From Felis catus (taxonomy: Eukaryota): 64,000 nt of DNA. Location: the NCBI RefSeq assembly GCF_018350175.1, contig NC_058368.1, forward strand, positions 209,438,001 to 209,502,000, written 5' to 3'. Positions within the stretch are counted from its first letter, which is position 1, and every line of letters starts with the position of its first letter. The position numbers and the translations under genes were made by a program. The notes under the pieces are model-generated. The model was given only the letters and a program-made list of their open reading frames with translations. It was not told the origin of the DNA and made no database searches. Positions 23,054 to 35,160 of this stretch are shown piece by piece.

Positions 23054-23068
23054 TTTATTGCTTTTAAT
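23054..23068 (-). terminator. NIPBL: Candidate isoform-B poly(A) signals in intron 46 (ATTAAA then AATAAA)
   Basis: The minus strand reads GGG-ATTAAA-AGC-AATAAA-AAC: ATTAAA at 23068-23063, AATAAA at 23059-23054. U/GU-rich sequence follows. Confidence 0.6.
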
Positions 23069-23502
23069 CCCTTGACGCCGGGAGTTTGGGATTTCCCAGC
23101 ACACTTCCATTGCCGGCAATGAGACGCACCGTGACCGCCAGCGCCAAGGGGTTAACATATACTTGTAAAACCATATAACTCTTAATTTGTACCCGTGTCT
23201 TTACTCTTATTGATATATAAAATTATATATACATATGAACCATAAAGCTACATAAAACTTAGCAACAATAAAAAAGGATAACACACATTAATACAATCCA
23301 AAAAAAATTAATAACCCTTTATGCTGGATAAGTCTCATTTCTGTTTTTTCTTTTTTATTGTCTTTTATGTTAAACTTTCTACAAAAGGATGTATAAATGG
23401 TTAAGTAGAGAATCTCTATCTACAAAATGTTTTCTCTCATAAGTATTACATTACTTGGTGTACATTTAATAGACTGACATATATAAGCACATAAAAATCA
23501 TT

Positions 23503-23547
23503 TTACGTAATACGCTGCGAAATACGTTGACTCCTCCTCCGCCTCAC
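23503..23547 (-). CDS. NIPBL: NIPBL isoform B-specific C-terminus (read-through past the exon-46 donor)
   Basis: In-frame continuation VRRRRSQRISQRIT* with TAA at 23505-23503. This matches the known short delangin-B C-terminus. Confidence 0.92.
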   Translation of the reverse strand: MRRRRSQRISQRIT

Positions 23548-23736
23548 CCCTGAAGTGCCTCCTCCTCTATCCTCCCCATCACTTTCATCATCTTCTGTCT
23601 CTGCTGCTGCATTATTTTTAGGGCTGCCTCCTCCAAGCAGCGAGGTAATTGCTTTGTTCCGAGCATTTGTACTAGCTGACACCTCCCCTTCTTCCTCCTC
23701 TTCATCAGGGTCCAGATGTTCCATGAGAAGTTTGAA
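23548..23736 (-). CDS. NIPBL: NIPBL exon 46 equivalent (isoform A form), 189 bp
   Basis: gtag|TTCAAACTT...TCAGGG|gtgagg; encodes FKLLMEHLDPDEEEEEGEVS...DRGGGTSG. Confidence 0.96.
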
Positions 23737-23903
23737 CTACAAAAATTAGATACGAATTTAGAATTTTATGTACATAATTTCAAGCAAGATTGTTAAATCC
23801 TTAAATGTTTCCTTTAAAATTTTTTTCCCTAAATGTTTTCTACAGCAGTAATTGGGTGTGGGTGATAGTTTAATTGCTAAATAGACTTTAGCTATTGTCT
23901 GCA

Positions 23904-24152
23904 TCAGGGCCTGGTAAATATTTTCTATAAAGAGCCAGATAGTAAATATTTTTGGCTTTTGTACACCATGTGGTCTCTGTCATAACTAATACAACTCTTG
24001 TCATTGTAGTGTGAAAGCATCTAGCGACAACATAAATGAGTGGGCATGGCTGTTTTAAGAGAAGTTTATTTAAACAGGCAGTAGGGGGAAAAAAAAAAAA
24101 AAACAGGCAGTGGGGGCCAGATTTGGCCCATAAGTTGGAGTCTGCTGACCCT
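23904..24152 (+). mobile_element. MER58A-like hAT element
   Basis: cagggcctggtaaatattttctataaagagccagatagtaaatatt ... tgctgaccctg. Confidence 0.8.
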
Positions 24153-25023
24153 GGTCCAAGTCATCAAGCAACCAAGTGATTAATAATTAAATACTGATAG
24201 ACATTTTCCACATTTTCTGTCCCCCTTTGCCTTCTCCAAAAGTAAGAAGATAAAAGAGGATAAAAAGAATGTTAAAGAATTTTAAATGAGAATTAAAATA
24301 ATTTTCAGTTTTAGAGTATAAGGTTTACAGTCTATGAATAATATGAAAACCACCGTGTAGGTTTCATTCTTGGTCAAAAATATCATTATTAGTTATGTTT
24401 AGCTACTTGCTTGAAATAGATTAAAACAAAAAACTATTTTTATTTTTGAGGGACAATCCTCCCCCCAAATATTTCTTTAAACATAAAACTTTACTGGGGT
24501 AAAATATACCTTAAAACTTATCATTCTAGATTTTAGTGTTCAATTCATTGCCATTAAGTATATTCACCATGTTGTATAATCATCACCACCATCATTTCCA
24601 AAACTTTTTTATCATCCCAAACAGAAATTCATTCTGTTCCTATTAAAACAATAGCTCCTCGGGGTGCCTGGGTGGTGCAGTCGGTTAAGCGTCTGACTTC
24701 AGCTCAGGTCACGATCTCGCAGTCCGTGAGTTCGAGCCCTGCGTCGGGCTCTGGGCTGATGGCTCAGAGCCTGGAGCCTGCTTCCGATTCTGTGTCTCCC
24801 TCTCTCTCTGCCCCTCCCCCGTTCATGCTCTGTCTCTCTCTGTCTCAAAAATAAATAAACGTTAAAAAAAAAAAAAAATTAAAACAATAGCTCCTCATTC
24901 CTTCTGGTAACAACCTCTATTCTATTTTCTGTCTCTATGAATTTGCCTAGTCTTAAAGACATTTTAAGTGTTTTTTTAAGCTTATTTGAGAGAAATAGAG
25001 GGAGAGAGGGAGAGGGGGAGAGG

Positions 25024-25078
<55 letters not shown>

Positions 25079-25779
25079 CAGAGTATGAGCAGAGGCGGGG
25101 CAGAGAGAGAGGGAGAGAGAGAATCCCAAGCAGGCTCCACACTGTCAGCACAGAGACTGATGTGGGGCTTGATTTCACAAACAGTGAGATCATGACCTGA
25201 GGTAAAATCAAGAGTCCGATGCTTAACTGACTGAGCCATCCAGCCACTCCAAGACATTTTAAAAGCACTTTTTGTACATATACATATTCTTACATACTTG
25301 TTAACAGAGTACACATGTAAGAGACATACAAATATATAAGCCTGTATTACACTTCTGTAAGAATACGTAAAAAAGTACTAATACTGTTGCCAGGAAGGAG
25401 AGCAACAGGATGGCTGGAGGGCAGGAGGATGACTTTTTCATGATTTTCTCCTTATATGAACCATAAACTATGTAATCTACTGAATTAAGAAAAATACACA
25501 CATGGGCATGGCTTTTTTCCTAAAACCTGCCTAAAAGCTTTCATTCTTACTGAAATAAAATGAGCAGTGGGCTGGCCTTTCCTAAGAAAAAATAATTATG
25601 ATGCAATGGGTGAAATGGGAAAGGCAAGCTTCAAGGAACTCATTAAAACCACATACAGAAAAATCATCCTGGTGGTTTATGAAGCTTCAATGTAAGGGGG
25701 ACTGCTTTCTCCCAGGAAATAATTTACTTTTCAAGAAAGTCACTATTAAAAAGAAACAGATTTTGGTTTTACTACTCAC

Positions 25780-25954
25780 ATCTAGATACTGTTTTACTAT
25801 ACTCCTCTTCACATCTTCAGTGATTTTGGAATTAGCCATATCACTCCGCAGGAAGTCCAGTGTTTGTTTGGGATGAAAATGAACTCCTGTTTTCCGGTTT
25901 ATCGCTTTATCATATACTTTTGCAGATTCAGATGGAGAGTATTTCTGAATTTTA
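25780..25954 (-). CDS. NIPBL: NIPBL exon 45 equivalent, 175 bp
   Basis: acag|TAAAATTCAG...CTAGAT|gtgagt; encodes KIQKYSPSESAKVYDKAINRKTGVHFHPKQTLDFLRSDMANSKITEDVKRSIVKQYLD. Confidence 0.96.
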
Positions 25955-27838
25955 CTGTTTTGGGAAAACAAAGTCATTAACTTTAAAAATTTTTCAGGCA
26001 TTTATATTTAAAGTGATTGCAGTTAAATTTAATTTACTAATAATTAAACTTTTTATCATACAGATTTCAGCCAGTGAACTTGTACACAAAAATAAACATA
26101 ATTTCAAAGGGAAGTAAAGACATAAAGACAAAGATTCACAAGAATAATATTCTCTTGTTTCCATCAGCATTTGTCTGAAATAGAGGCATCATTTAAATGA
26201 AAGTATTTCTCATGTCTGCTTTTGAGTGCTATGATCATGATTGTAGAACAGTTTCAATATAATACTGGTTTATGTAACTAGTTTACCTCCTACTTTCCTG
26301 CCCTCCCAATTATTCATCCTCTACACAGCAGCCAAAACCTGTTTCATATTATTAACAACTCTGGCTTAAAAATTCTCCCGACTTAGGGTGCCTGGGTGGC
26401 TCAGTTGGTTAAGCATCCTGGGTTTTGGCTCGGGTCTTGATCTCCTGGCTTTGTGGGTTTGAGCCCTGCATCTGGCTCTGTGCTGGCAGCTCTGAGCCTG
26501 CTGGGGATTCTCTGCCTCCCTCACGCTCTGCCCCTTCCCCATGAGACGTGTGCTGTCTCCCTCTCAAAATAAATAAAAGTTAAAAAAAAAAAAATCTCCC
26601 CAACTCCTTAGCATCACCTCAAGGCCTTACAAGGTTTTACATTAAATTAGTTGCCAACATTTAACATCAAGATATGTCCATTAAAACCTGGATTATCTAG
26701 CTTCTCTTGCAAAAGTAGAAGCTCTTGGCTACATTATGCCTACCCTCTTCTATGGCAAAAAATTGATGGACATCTGAGTAATACCTGAGTCCTTTAAATA
26801 AAACATGTTTTTTCCAGTTTGCCAGTGACCTTCTCCTGAATCCCCTTTGTTCCGTTTCATGATCTATCTCCTATGAACATTTGGCTCTGTGATTCCTTTT
26901 TTCTTTTTTTAAATGTTTTTTCATTTTTGAGAGAGAGGGACAGAGCATGAGTGGGGTAGGGGCAGAAAGGGAGACAGAATCTGAAGCAGGCTCTAGGCTC
27001 TGAGCTGTCAGCACAGAGCCTGACGTGGGGCTCGAACTCACCAATCACGAGATCATGACCTGAGCTGTAGTAGGATGCTTTAACTGAGTGAGCCACACAG
27101 GTGCCCCAGCTTTGTGATTCCTAACGTAAGGTTTTAATGAAATGAAAAATGACAAGGGGTGCCTGAATGGCTCAGTCAGTTAAGTGTCTGACTCTTGGTT
27201 TCTGCTCAGGTCATGATCTCACGGTTCATGAATTCAAGCCCTGCATCAGGCTCTGTGCTGACAGCATGGAGCCTGCTTGGGATTCTTTCCCTCTTTCTCT
27301 GTCCCTCCCATGCTCTCTCTCAAAATAAATGAATTAAACTTAAAAAAAAAAAAATGACCAAAGTTTCATGGGTACAGGCAGAAAAAAGATACCTACAGTG
27401 ACTAATTGTGGGTAAAATTATAGGGCATTCACAAATAATTAGTACTTTACTATTTCTATTAGAGACTATTTGGGTTCTATGAGAGCTCAGTCTAGTTGGT
27501 CTACATCTATTCTTTATTCACAGCTCTTTGAACACTTAAATTTGTAATCTACATGAAGATCAGCCTAATTCTCTAATAAGGTCTTTTTAAGGAAATCAAC
27601 AAAGTTAAGTCCTTTGATTTATAATGCATTATGACTATGAAATGTTTGTCTTCTCTTCAAGAACAAAGTGAACAAACTGTGATATATTACACAACAAAAT
27701 ATATACCAACACTATGTTCCTTCTTTAAAAAGGAACATTTTTAATATGAAAATAAGCATGCAATCAAAATTGAGTGTCATATTTCTTTATAATTTGAACC
27801 AGGTAAATTTTTTTCTCTCACTGCTTACGTAACCTTAC

Positions 27839-28113
27839 CTATCAGAAAATCCACAGAGATTCTTCAAATGTTGTTTTAGCATCAGAAGCAATAAAATACC
27901 CTGGGAGACATTTGCAAATTCAATTAAAGGAGCTGAATTTTCTGGCAAGCATTTCATCACTGAATTTATGTCATCTTCCGAATCTGAATCTGAATCTGAA
28001 TCTACACGTTTCCGTGACTTCCGAGGCCTGGAAACTTCTTCTTCACTCTCACTTGACTCATTTTCTTTACTAGGTGATGATTTTCTCTCTTTCCTTTTGT
28101 CTTTTACCATTGA
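27839..28113 (-). CDS. NIPBL: NIPBL exon 44 equivalent, 275 bp
   Basis: ccag|TCAATGGTA...GATAG|gtaagg; encodes SMVKDKRKERKSSPSKENESSESEEEVSRPRKSRKRVDSDSDSDSEDD...KNLCGFSD (ORF 27835..28191). Confidence 0.96.
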
Positions 28114-28871
28114 CTGGAGGGGGTGAAAAAAAAGGAAAAATAGTAACAAAATACCCCTAATAAATACATATGCTCCATTCAACAACTTCAAAAAAGCATC
28201 TTTAAATTAATATTTTATATATTAAAACCCTCTGACTTTCCATAAACAGCTTCCAAGACTTAATAAAATCGTATATAATCCACTGCCCTGATCTCTCCCT
28301 CCCCAAAAGCCCTTTTGAAATATCAAAGGGAAACAATTTTGTTATAGGATAGAAATGAAAATAAGTTAGTTATAAAAGTATAAATTTGGTACATAGGTAA
28401 GCCATTACACAGGAAAAGTAGTAAATATAGTTTAACCGAGGAGAGGGGTGCCTGGCTGGCTCAGTCAGCAGAACATACGACTCGTGATCTCAGGTTCATG
28501 AGTTCAAGCCCCACACTGGGCACAGAGACTACTTAAAAGAAAAAAAAGCGCTAAATATAACTTAACTGAGGAACATTTAATAGGTTTGAACATCCCAGCA
28601 TCTATCAAATTCTCCCTTTTAAGAGCTTTTCAACAAGATAATATGGAACTTTTCTTAAACAGTTATTTTTTTCTGTATTTCATGAAACAGTTGACTCTTA
28701 AAAAGAAATAAAGTCAGCTAGATTTAAGAGAGGAGAAAAGACTAAATTACAAAGCAATTATTCAAATGTAATTGTTGAAGAAATAAAATGGGAGAAACAT
28801 TTACAAGTATATCCACAACAGTGAGAGAAAATAAGGTAACATTATGGCTTAAGTTTCTGGGGGCATTATTT

Positions 28872-29023
28872 AACTTCTCAAACTTTAAGGTGCACCTAGG
28901 GATTCTGTTAAAAATAGACTGTTTCAGTAGGTCGAGGGTGGGGCCCGAGGGTCTGCAGTTCTCACAAGTTCTCAAGTGAGGCCACTGCGGCTGGGTCTTG
29001 GTGCAAACTTCAAGCAGGAAGGG
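28872..29023. mobile_element. MER5A-like hAT element
   Basis: ttctcaaacttt...cacctagggattctgttaaaa...cagtaggtc...gggcccgag...tctgca. A similar fragment lies at about 50680-50825. Confidence 0.7.
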
Positions 29024-29602
29024 TTTAGATCCTTCGGTAATTCCAACCCTTGGGTATTATAATAATCTCCCTGATTTACTAGTTTGATCATATTGAGTTC
29101 TGAGTGCAACAATTTTGTAAAATGAGATCTACTGTGTCATCAGGCACATGAAAATATTCCAATTAATTTTTAAATAATTTACTGAGGGCCTACTATGTTT
29201 CCAAGTGCTATACTAGGTGCCATTACAATGAAACCAATTACATTTTCTCCTAAAAAAACCACAAAAGAGAAGACATAAGGTTTATAATAAGAAACTCAGT
29301 AAAGATTTTGGGCATACAATATGCCAACCCCATTATGATGCTGGTGTTCAGAGATAAGGAAATCAACATTATACATTTTCTGTGTTTCCTTATAAGTAAG
29401 CTATCTATCTCTATCTCTAGTTATATCTCTTCAAGTATACTATTGTGATCTACAGCATTACCAGATTTATAGAATCGCAAGATGCTTTAAAATGGGGTTT
29501 AAATGGATATATGAATGGACACCAAACACTTAAGGTCAGTGCTTAAAGTAAGAGGAAAAAAAAGAAGTGGGATGGCTTATCAAAAGAACAATACATACAT
29601 CC

Positions 29603-29666
<64 letters not shown>
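29603..29666. repeat. (TA)n(CA)n(TA)n compound microsatellite
   Basis: Directly visible in the sequence. Confidence 0.95.
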
Positions 29667-29900
29667 GGATGTATGTATTCCACTTAAATGATCTGAAATG
29701 GAATGGTTTTAGGTCTTTCTTAATAGAAATGAAACAGCAACCCACTTCTCCCCAATTCAAGCACTGCCCAGATTTTAAATTATTTAGAAAGGTTTTATAT
29801 ACCTGTGAAAAGAAAAAAAAGAACAATGGAAACAAAACAGTGAAAATAGCATGCCTGCACTTTGACAGATGCATTAAGAATAGTAATGTGTGTAACTTAC

Positions 29901-30047
29901 CTCCTTGAATGACTGCAGTAGGTTACTACCAGAAACTGAGAGTGTAATGTCTATATGATGCATTATAAACAACGGCTCTTCCTGTGTCTGGTATGGAAAA
30001 CAGGCTAGATTGTCTGCTATATACAAGAGCATATTCACTTCTGTTTT
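29901..30047 (-). CDS. NIPBL: NIPBL exon 43 equivalent, 147 bp
   Basis: acag|AAAACAGAA...AAGGAG|gtaagt; encodes KTEVNMLLYIADNLACFPYQTQEEPLFIMHHIDITLSVSGSNLLQSFKE. Confidence 0.95.
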
Positions 30048-33000
30048 CTGTAAATTTTAAAAAAAGGTACACATGTTTAGTGGATAATCTAGAAATCCAT
30101 CCAAAAATCCTTTTTAGAAAAAATATTAGAGGGCACTTTCACCTCAGTTAATGCTTCTGAAAGAGAAGGGTGGAGGAGGGAGGGAAGGAGAGAGCAGGGA
30201 AAGTAGGTAAGAAAAACGGATGAGGGGTAACAGAAATGGATTTTATAAAATAATCTTATACCCATCTTAAGAGATTTCATAATGAAGTATACCATGGACC
30301 TCAAGAAGGGAAGAGGTGAAATTTTTCAGTGCACCCAAGTGGAATTCCCTCAAGTTTTCTTATAGAGTATATGGGATCTTTATGATAAATCCATACCGCA
30401 TCAGAAAGTATACATATGAATCATAATGATTTGTCATTGTGCTTCTAAGAGTTTAACCCATATGGAGATCAGTTACACACAGTTACTATTCTGCCCTCAA
30501 CAATAAGCAGTAATAATAGTACTAACATGTGGGTTAAAAAAAAAAAAATCAAAGCTCACGTATTCAAAAAACATTTGTCAGTTTCCTACATATACATAAT
30601 TTAGAATATCAGTCGTTCTGACGGTGCTACCATAGTCCCACATTATAAAAACTGAGGTAAGCAAAAATTAGGGTTACTACTGGTTGTTTGCTTTAAAAAG
30701 AAGTAACAGAGATTTTCAGCATTTCATAATCATACAGAATATAAACAGAAAGGCACATTAATATTTAAATTCCTTCAAAACATTTACAGTTTAGGAAAAA
30801 AAGTGAAAAATATATAGCAATCAAAACATACCCCCTTCTACCATCTCACCGATCCTGCCATGCAAGCAACATAAAACCCAACAGCGGCAACAGCAACAAC
30901 AAAATCCAGTAGGACAGATGGAATAAACTTGCTTTCACTCTATTTTTTTATTTTTCAATATGTGTCAACATCTACATGTTACAGTTGGGGAAACGCAAAC
31001 ACAGAACTCCACCTCATCTATGAACATTAATTTATATATACCGTTTCCTCCTAAGCTGCAAATGTTCAGGACTACTCTCAATAAACCTTTTAAAAACTGA
31101 AATTCTTCAACTCTGGTCATAAAAAAGTCCCGTATTGCTCTTCCCTTTCGAAAATCAAATTTCTTAAAAGAATACTCTAGAGCTGCTCCCCCACTGTCTT
31201 CCCCACCACTCTTCAATCACAATCAGACCTGTGTCCCTCACTGCTTGACTGCTTCCCATTTTTTAAAAATCTCTTCTCCTTGACTTGTGAGTAGCACTGG
31301 ACACTACCCTCCACCCTTTCCTTCCTGAAAATTTCTTCTTCCTTAGTTCTCTCTTTGACTATTCCTCTTTTTATGTCCTTCTCAAGCCAACTCCTTTTCA
31401 GCAATCCTATTATTATTCTCAGGTGCTCAGGACAAGAATATTCCAGTTATCCTTCGACTATTCTTACACAGCCTCATTTATTACTTCTTCACGCTTCTTT
31501 CCTTTCCTACCACCATCATAATAGATCAGTCCCTTGTTACCTCTAGTGTGAACACAATGCTAAAACATCCATGTTCCTAAAAATGTTCTTTGGCACCTGT
31601 CCTCATTACTTTCATTCAAATGCTTTTATTGGTTTTTCACTGTCTACAAGATCTTCCATAAACCATGCCTTATTGTGACCTTTCTGCTCCAGTAGAATAA
31701 CAATCTATTCATTATTTCCCACACATTCTTATCTTTGTCCCTTTATTATGTTTTTACCCCTGCCTTAAATAGTAGGTCCATCTCATCTAATTCCCAGGCC
31801 TTCAGTGATTTGTTCCTCCTCTGACATCCTTTCCTGGAAACAGGAGACGGCACTGCATTATGACAGCTGAATTTCCAGCTTAGCATTGCTCATGCTGGGG
31901 TGACAGAACATCGAGCTAGTGACAGACACACAGCAGGCAATGAAAGCACACAGGAATGAAGCTCAGGAGAAGAGATAGGGACTAGAGCAGTATCAACAGT
32001 ATAAACCACCTGGCACTCAAAATACGCTAACCTGATTTATTTCCTTTATCATGTCTCCACAACTGGAGGGAGGTAAGATCCATTGAGGGCAAGAGCACTA
32101 TATCATACCATTTTCCACTCCTAGCATGATGTCCTACATACCATGAAAACTTAATACTGATGATGACATGATGATGATGATGGTCATGGTGATGATTAAA
32201 TGATAGTCCAAGTACTTCTGAGATAAGTGCTTGTAATATTTATCTACTAGATCACATATCAAAAAATTTCATGTAGTACTTAAAAAAAGAGGCCTAGTAA
32301 GGTATCTACATTCTGGTAATTTAAATTTTGTTTTATTGAAAAAAATCTGGTTTTGGGATAACAATCAACTTGTAAGTGATTAAATACAAAAAATATTTCT
32401 TTTGTTCTTTTCAAAGCTTTACACACACACACAGACTAACTGGTAAAGCTCTATATGGGCAGATACTAAATCTGTCCTATCCACCATTTTATCTTCATCT
32501 CTTAGCACAATGACTACCACACGTAGCAGGTGCTGAATAAATATGTGTGTAAAATGAATGAATAAATTAAGAGGTAAGTTAAACAACAGAGCCTTCTATT
32601 TTGTTCGTTTATGGTCCTGGCCAATGCAACTTGTGCAATAGCCCAAAGGGTCAAAATTGTAATTACACACAAGTGGGCTCTTTATTAAGGAAGTCAAGTT
32701 GAACAAATAAGGACTTCAGTAGCCAAAAACCTGGAACAGTTATTCTAATAATATTTGACTGTAGCAGGAATAAGTGAAGTCTGACCTTATTTATTGAAGT
32801 AACTTATCCTCAAAGTGATAATTTAACTGCTGTACCTTATTTAAAGTTATGCTTAAAGAACTATTATCAAAGTTTATAAGATACTCAGTATGGAGACACA
32901 GTTATACTTTATCGGTCACTGTATTTATATTCCATGTGAAACTTCCCCTCCAAATTTGACTATATACCTTGTAATTAATATAAGAAGATGTAAAGAAACA

Positions 33001-33121
33001 CATATTTAATATAGTCACTATTATTGACTAAAATGGTCATATTTTCAAAATGCTGACTACTTTAGGCATAAAATTTTATAGAACATTTATTTTCTTAAAA
33101 TAAAAAGGTTTTTATGCTTAC

Positions 33122-33322
33122 TGCTGTGTCATCAAAGAGGTTGAGTAAAGAAATTAGAAAGGCCCGTCTGTGTTGGCGATTTCCACGGATCATGGAGTAA
33201 AGATGTGAACACAAAGCGCTAGAGGACTCGTCTTGTCTGAAACCCCTCACAGGATCTTTTAGGCATGTGTTGATTGCCTGTTGTACCTGGTAGGACATCT
33301 TCATACCAGCCACTGCTTTCAT
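33122..33322 (-). CDS. NIPBL: NIPBL exon 42 equivalent, 201 bp
   Basis: tcag|ATGAAAGCA...ACAGCA|gtaagc; encodes MKAVAGMKMSYQVQQ...LLNLFDDTA (ORF 33095..33322). Confidence 0.96.
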
Positions 33323-33695
33323 CTGAAATCAATAAAAGGCTCATTTTTGTAATGGAAATTAAGAGTCAAGTTAAAACTATACTTTGAATATTATAAGAAG
33401 AGGCTAACTCCACTGTTTAGTTTTCTTACTTAAAATCATAAAATTATGGAACTCAAATGCTGTAAGGAACATCAGAGATCATCTACTGCAACCCCCTTGT
33501 TTTATATAAGAAAAAATCAAGACCCAGAAAGCCATTACTGCCAAGATCACACTGTAGGGACTAGAACCCAGGCATCCTTACTTTTAGTCCAGCACGCTTG
33601 CTGGACTATCACCTCTAGCTCAGTTTTAAGAGTTAATTTTAAATGAGAATAAAAAGCTTGGGGGACAAACTCAGTTGCATGTTTAGAAGTAAATA

Positions 33696-34941
33696 CAGTA
33701 AAACCTTGGATTGCAACTTGCTCTGTGAGTGTTCTGCAAGATGAGCAAACATTTTTTTTTTTTAATGTTCATTTTTGACAGAGACACAAAGGGTGAGTGG
33801 GTGAGCGTCAGAGATAGAGGGAGACACAGAATCCAAAGCAGGCTCCAGGCTCTGAGCTGCCAGCACAGAGCCGGACGTGGGGCTCGAAGCCATGAACTAC
33901 GATATCATAACCTGAGCTGCAGTTGGACGTGTAACTGACTGAGCCGCCCAGATGCCCTGAGCAAACATTTCTAATAAATTTTAACTTGATAAACGATGTC
34001 TTGCAATACGAGTAGTACATGACGCCAAACATCACATGATCACAACTGAGCCAATGGTTCTTCTGTCTCTCTCTCTCTCACTAAGGGATCGTGGGTGATC
34101 ATCTCCCATGCTTGGATGCTCGGTCTCAGGCTTCGGTGTTTGGCAGAAATCAGTGATTTTTCAGAACGTTGGAAGGTGCCCACAACTGGCACTAGTGTAT
34201 TTTTTGGTCACTTCAAAGCACCTATGGACAGTCCTTTGCTTTCCATACAACAGCAAGCCTAGGAATGCTTTGCTTCATTCTAGGTCAGGTTGCTTGCAGA
34301 TAGACCCTTTTCCTCTGCTGTTTTTTTATTTTTATTTTTTTCAACGTTTATTTATTTTTGGGACAGAGAGAGACAGAGCATGAACGGGGGAGGGGCCATC
34401 AGCCCAGAGCCTGACGCGGGGCTCGAACTCACGGACCGCGAGATCGTGACCTGGCTGAAGTCGGACGCTTAACCGACTGCGCCACCCAGGCGCCCCTCCT
34501 CTGCTGTTTTATTGCCAGTTACATTACAATATATGACAAGAGTTCATTAATACCATACCGTAGTCAACATCCCTGTGAGTGTACACAATGTCTTCCATAC
34601 AGAAAAAGATTCCAATGAGCCAACAGAGAGCAGTGATTCCGTTAGTGATAGTGAAAGTTGTCCTACACAATAACCCTCCTCTCTCATCTCCTTCACACCA
34701 GCCACGAAGGTTTTCAAAGTAAGTGCAGGTTAATTTATTTATTTTTCTTTATATTTTGTATTTTATTATTTTGTATTATATTACAGTATTGTAATCATTT
34801 TATATGAATATTTTTGGGATGTGGAATGAATCATCTGAGTTTCCGTTATTTCTTATTGGGAAATTCACTTGGATATGCAAATGCTTTGGATTATAAGCAT
34901 GGTTCTGGAACAAATTATGCTCGCAAACCAAGGTTTTACTG
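33696..34941. mobile_element. Tc1/mariner-Tigger-type DNA transposon with intact ends and two nested SINEs
   Basis: TA|CAGTAAAACCTTGGATTGCAA ... TCGCAAACCAAGGTTTTACTG|TA, a 21-bp TIR with 2 mismatches. Nested SINEs at about 33750-33957 (TSD tgagcaaacatt) and 34322-34496 (TSD tcctctgctgttttt). Confidence 0.88.
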
Positions 34942-35052
34942 TACTAAGCAAAATATGTTATTCTAATACGAAGATGGGCAGGACCTTTATCAAGGAAATG
35001 GTATACCGAAGAAGATGTTTAAATTTAGGTTATACAATTTAAAAATACATAC

Positions 35053-35160
35053 ATGAATGAATCCAGCATATTTTTTGTCGATTTCCACCAGTTGCTGATC
35101 AGCCTTGTTCCTCATAGCTGGTTCTGGGTCTGTTCCCATAGCAATTAAATATGGTACACA
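35053..35160 (-). CDS. NIPBL: NIPBL exon 41 equivalent, 108 bp
   Basis: ttag|TGTGTACCA...ATTCAT|gtatgt; encodes CVPYLIAMGTDPEPAMRNKADQQLVEIDKKYAGFIH. Confidence 0.95.

Larger units (their letters stand above)
24661..28547. mobile_element. Can-SINEs in NIPBL introns 43-45: about 24661-24878(+), 24970-25250(-), 26386-26594(+), 26900-27107(-), 27156-27354(+), 28445-28547(+)
   Basis: Canonical heads and cores. TSD aaaacaatagctcctc flanks the first. The second has an expanded (GA)n tract. Confidence 0.88.

Noticed and set aside
24879..25314. ORFs with ER/LS, VC/HT or KERK repeats here and at 29536, 50170, 50960 and 55770
   Set aside because: They are translations of SINE (CT)n tracts and microsatellites.
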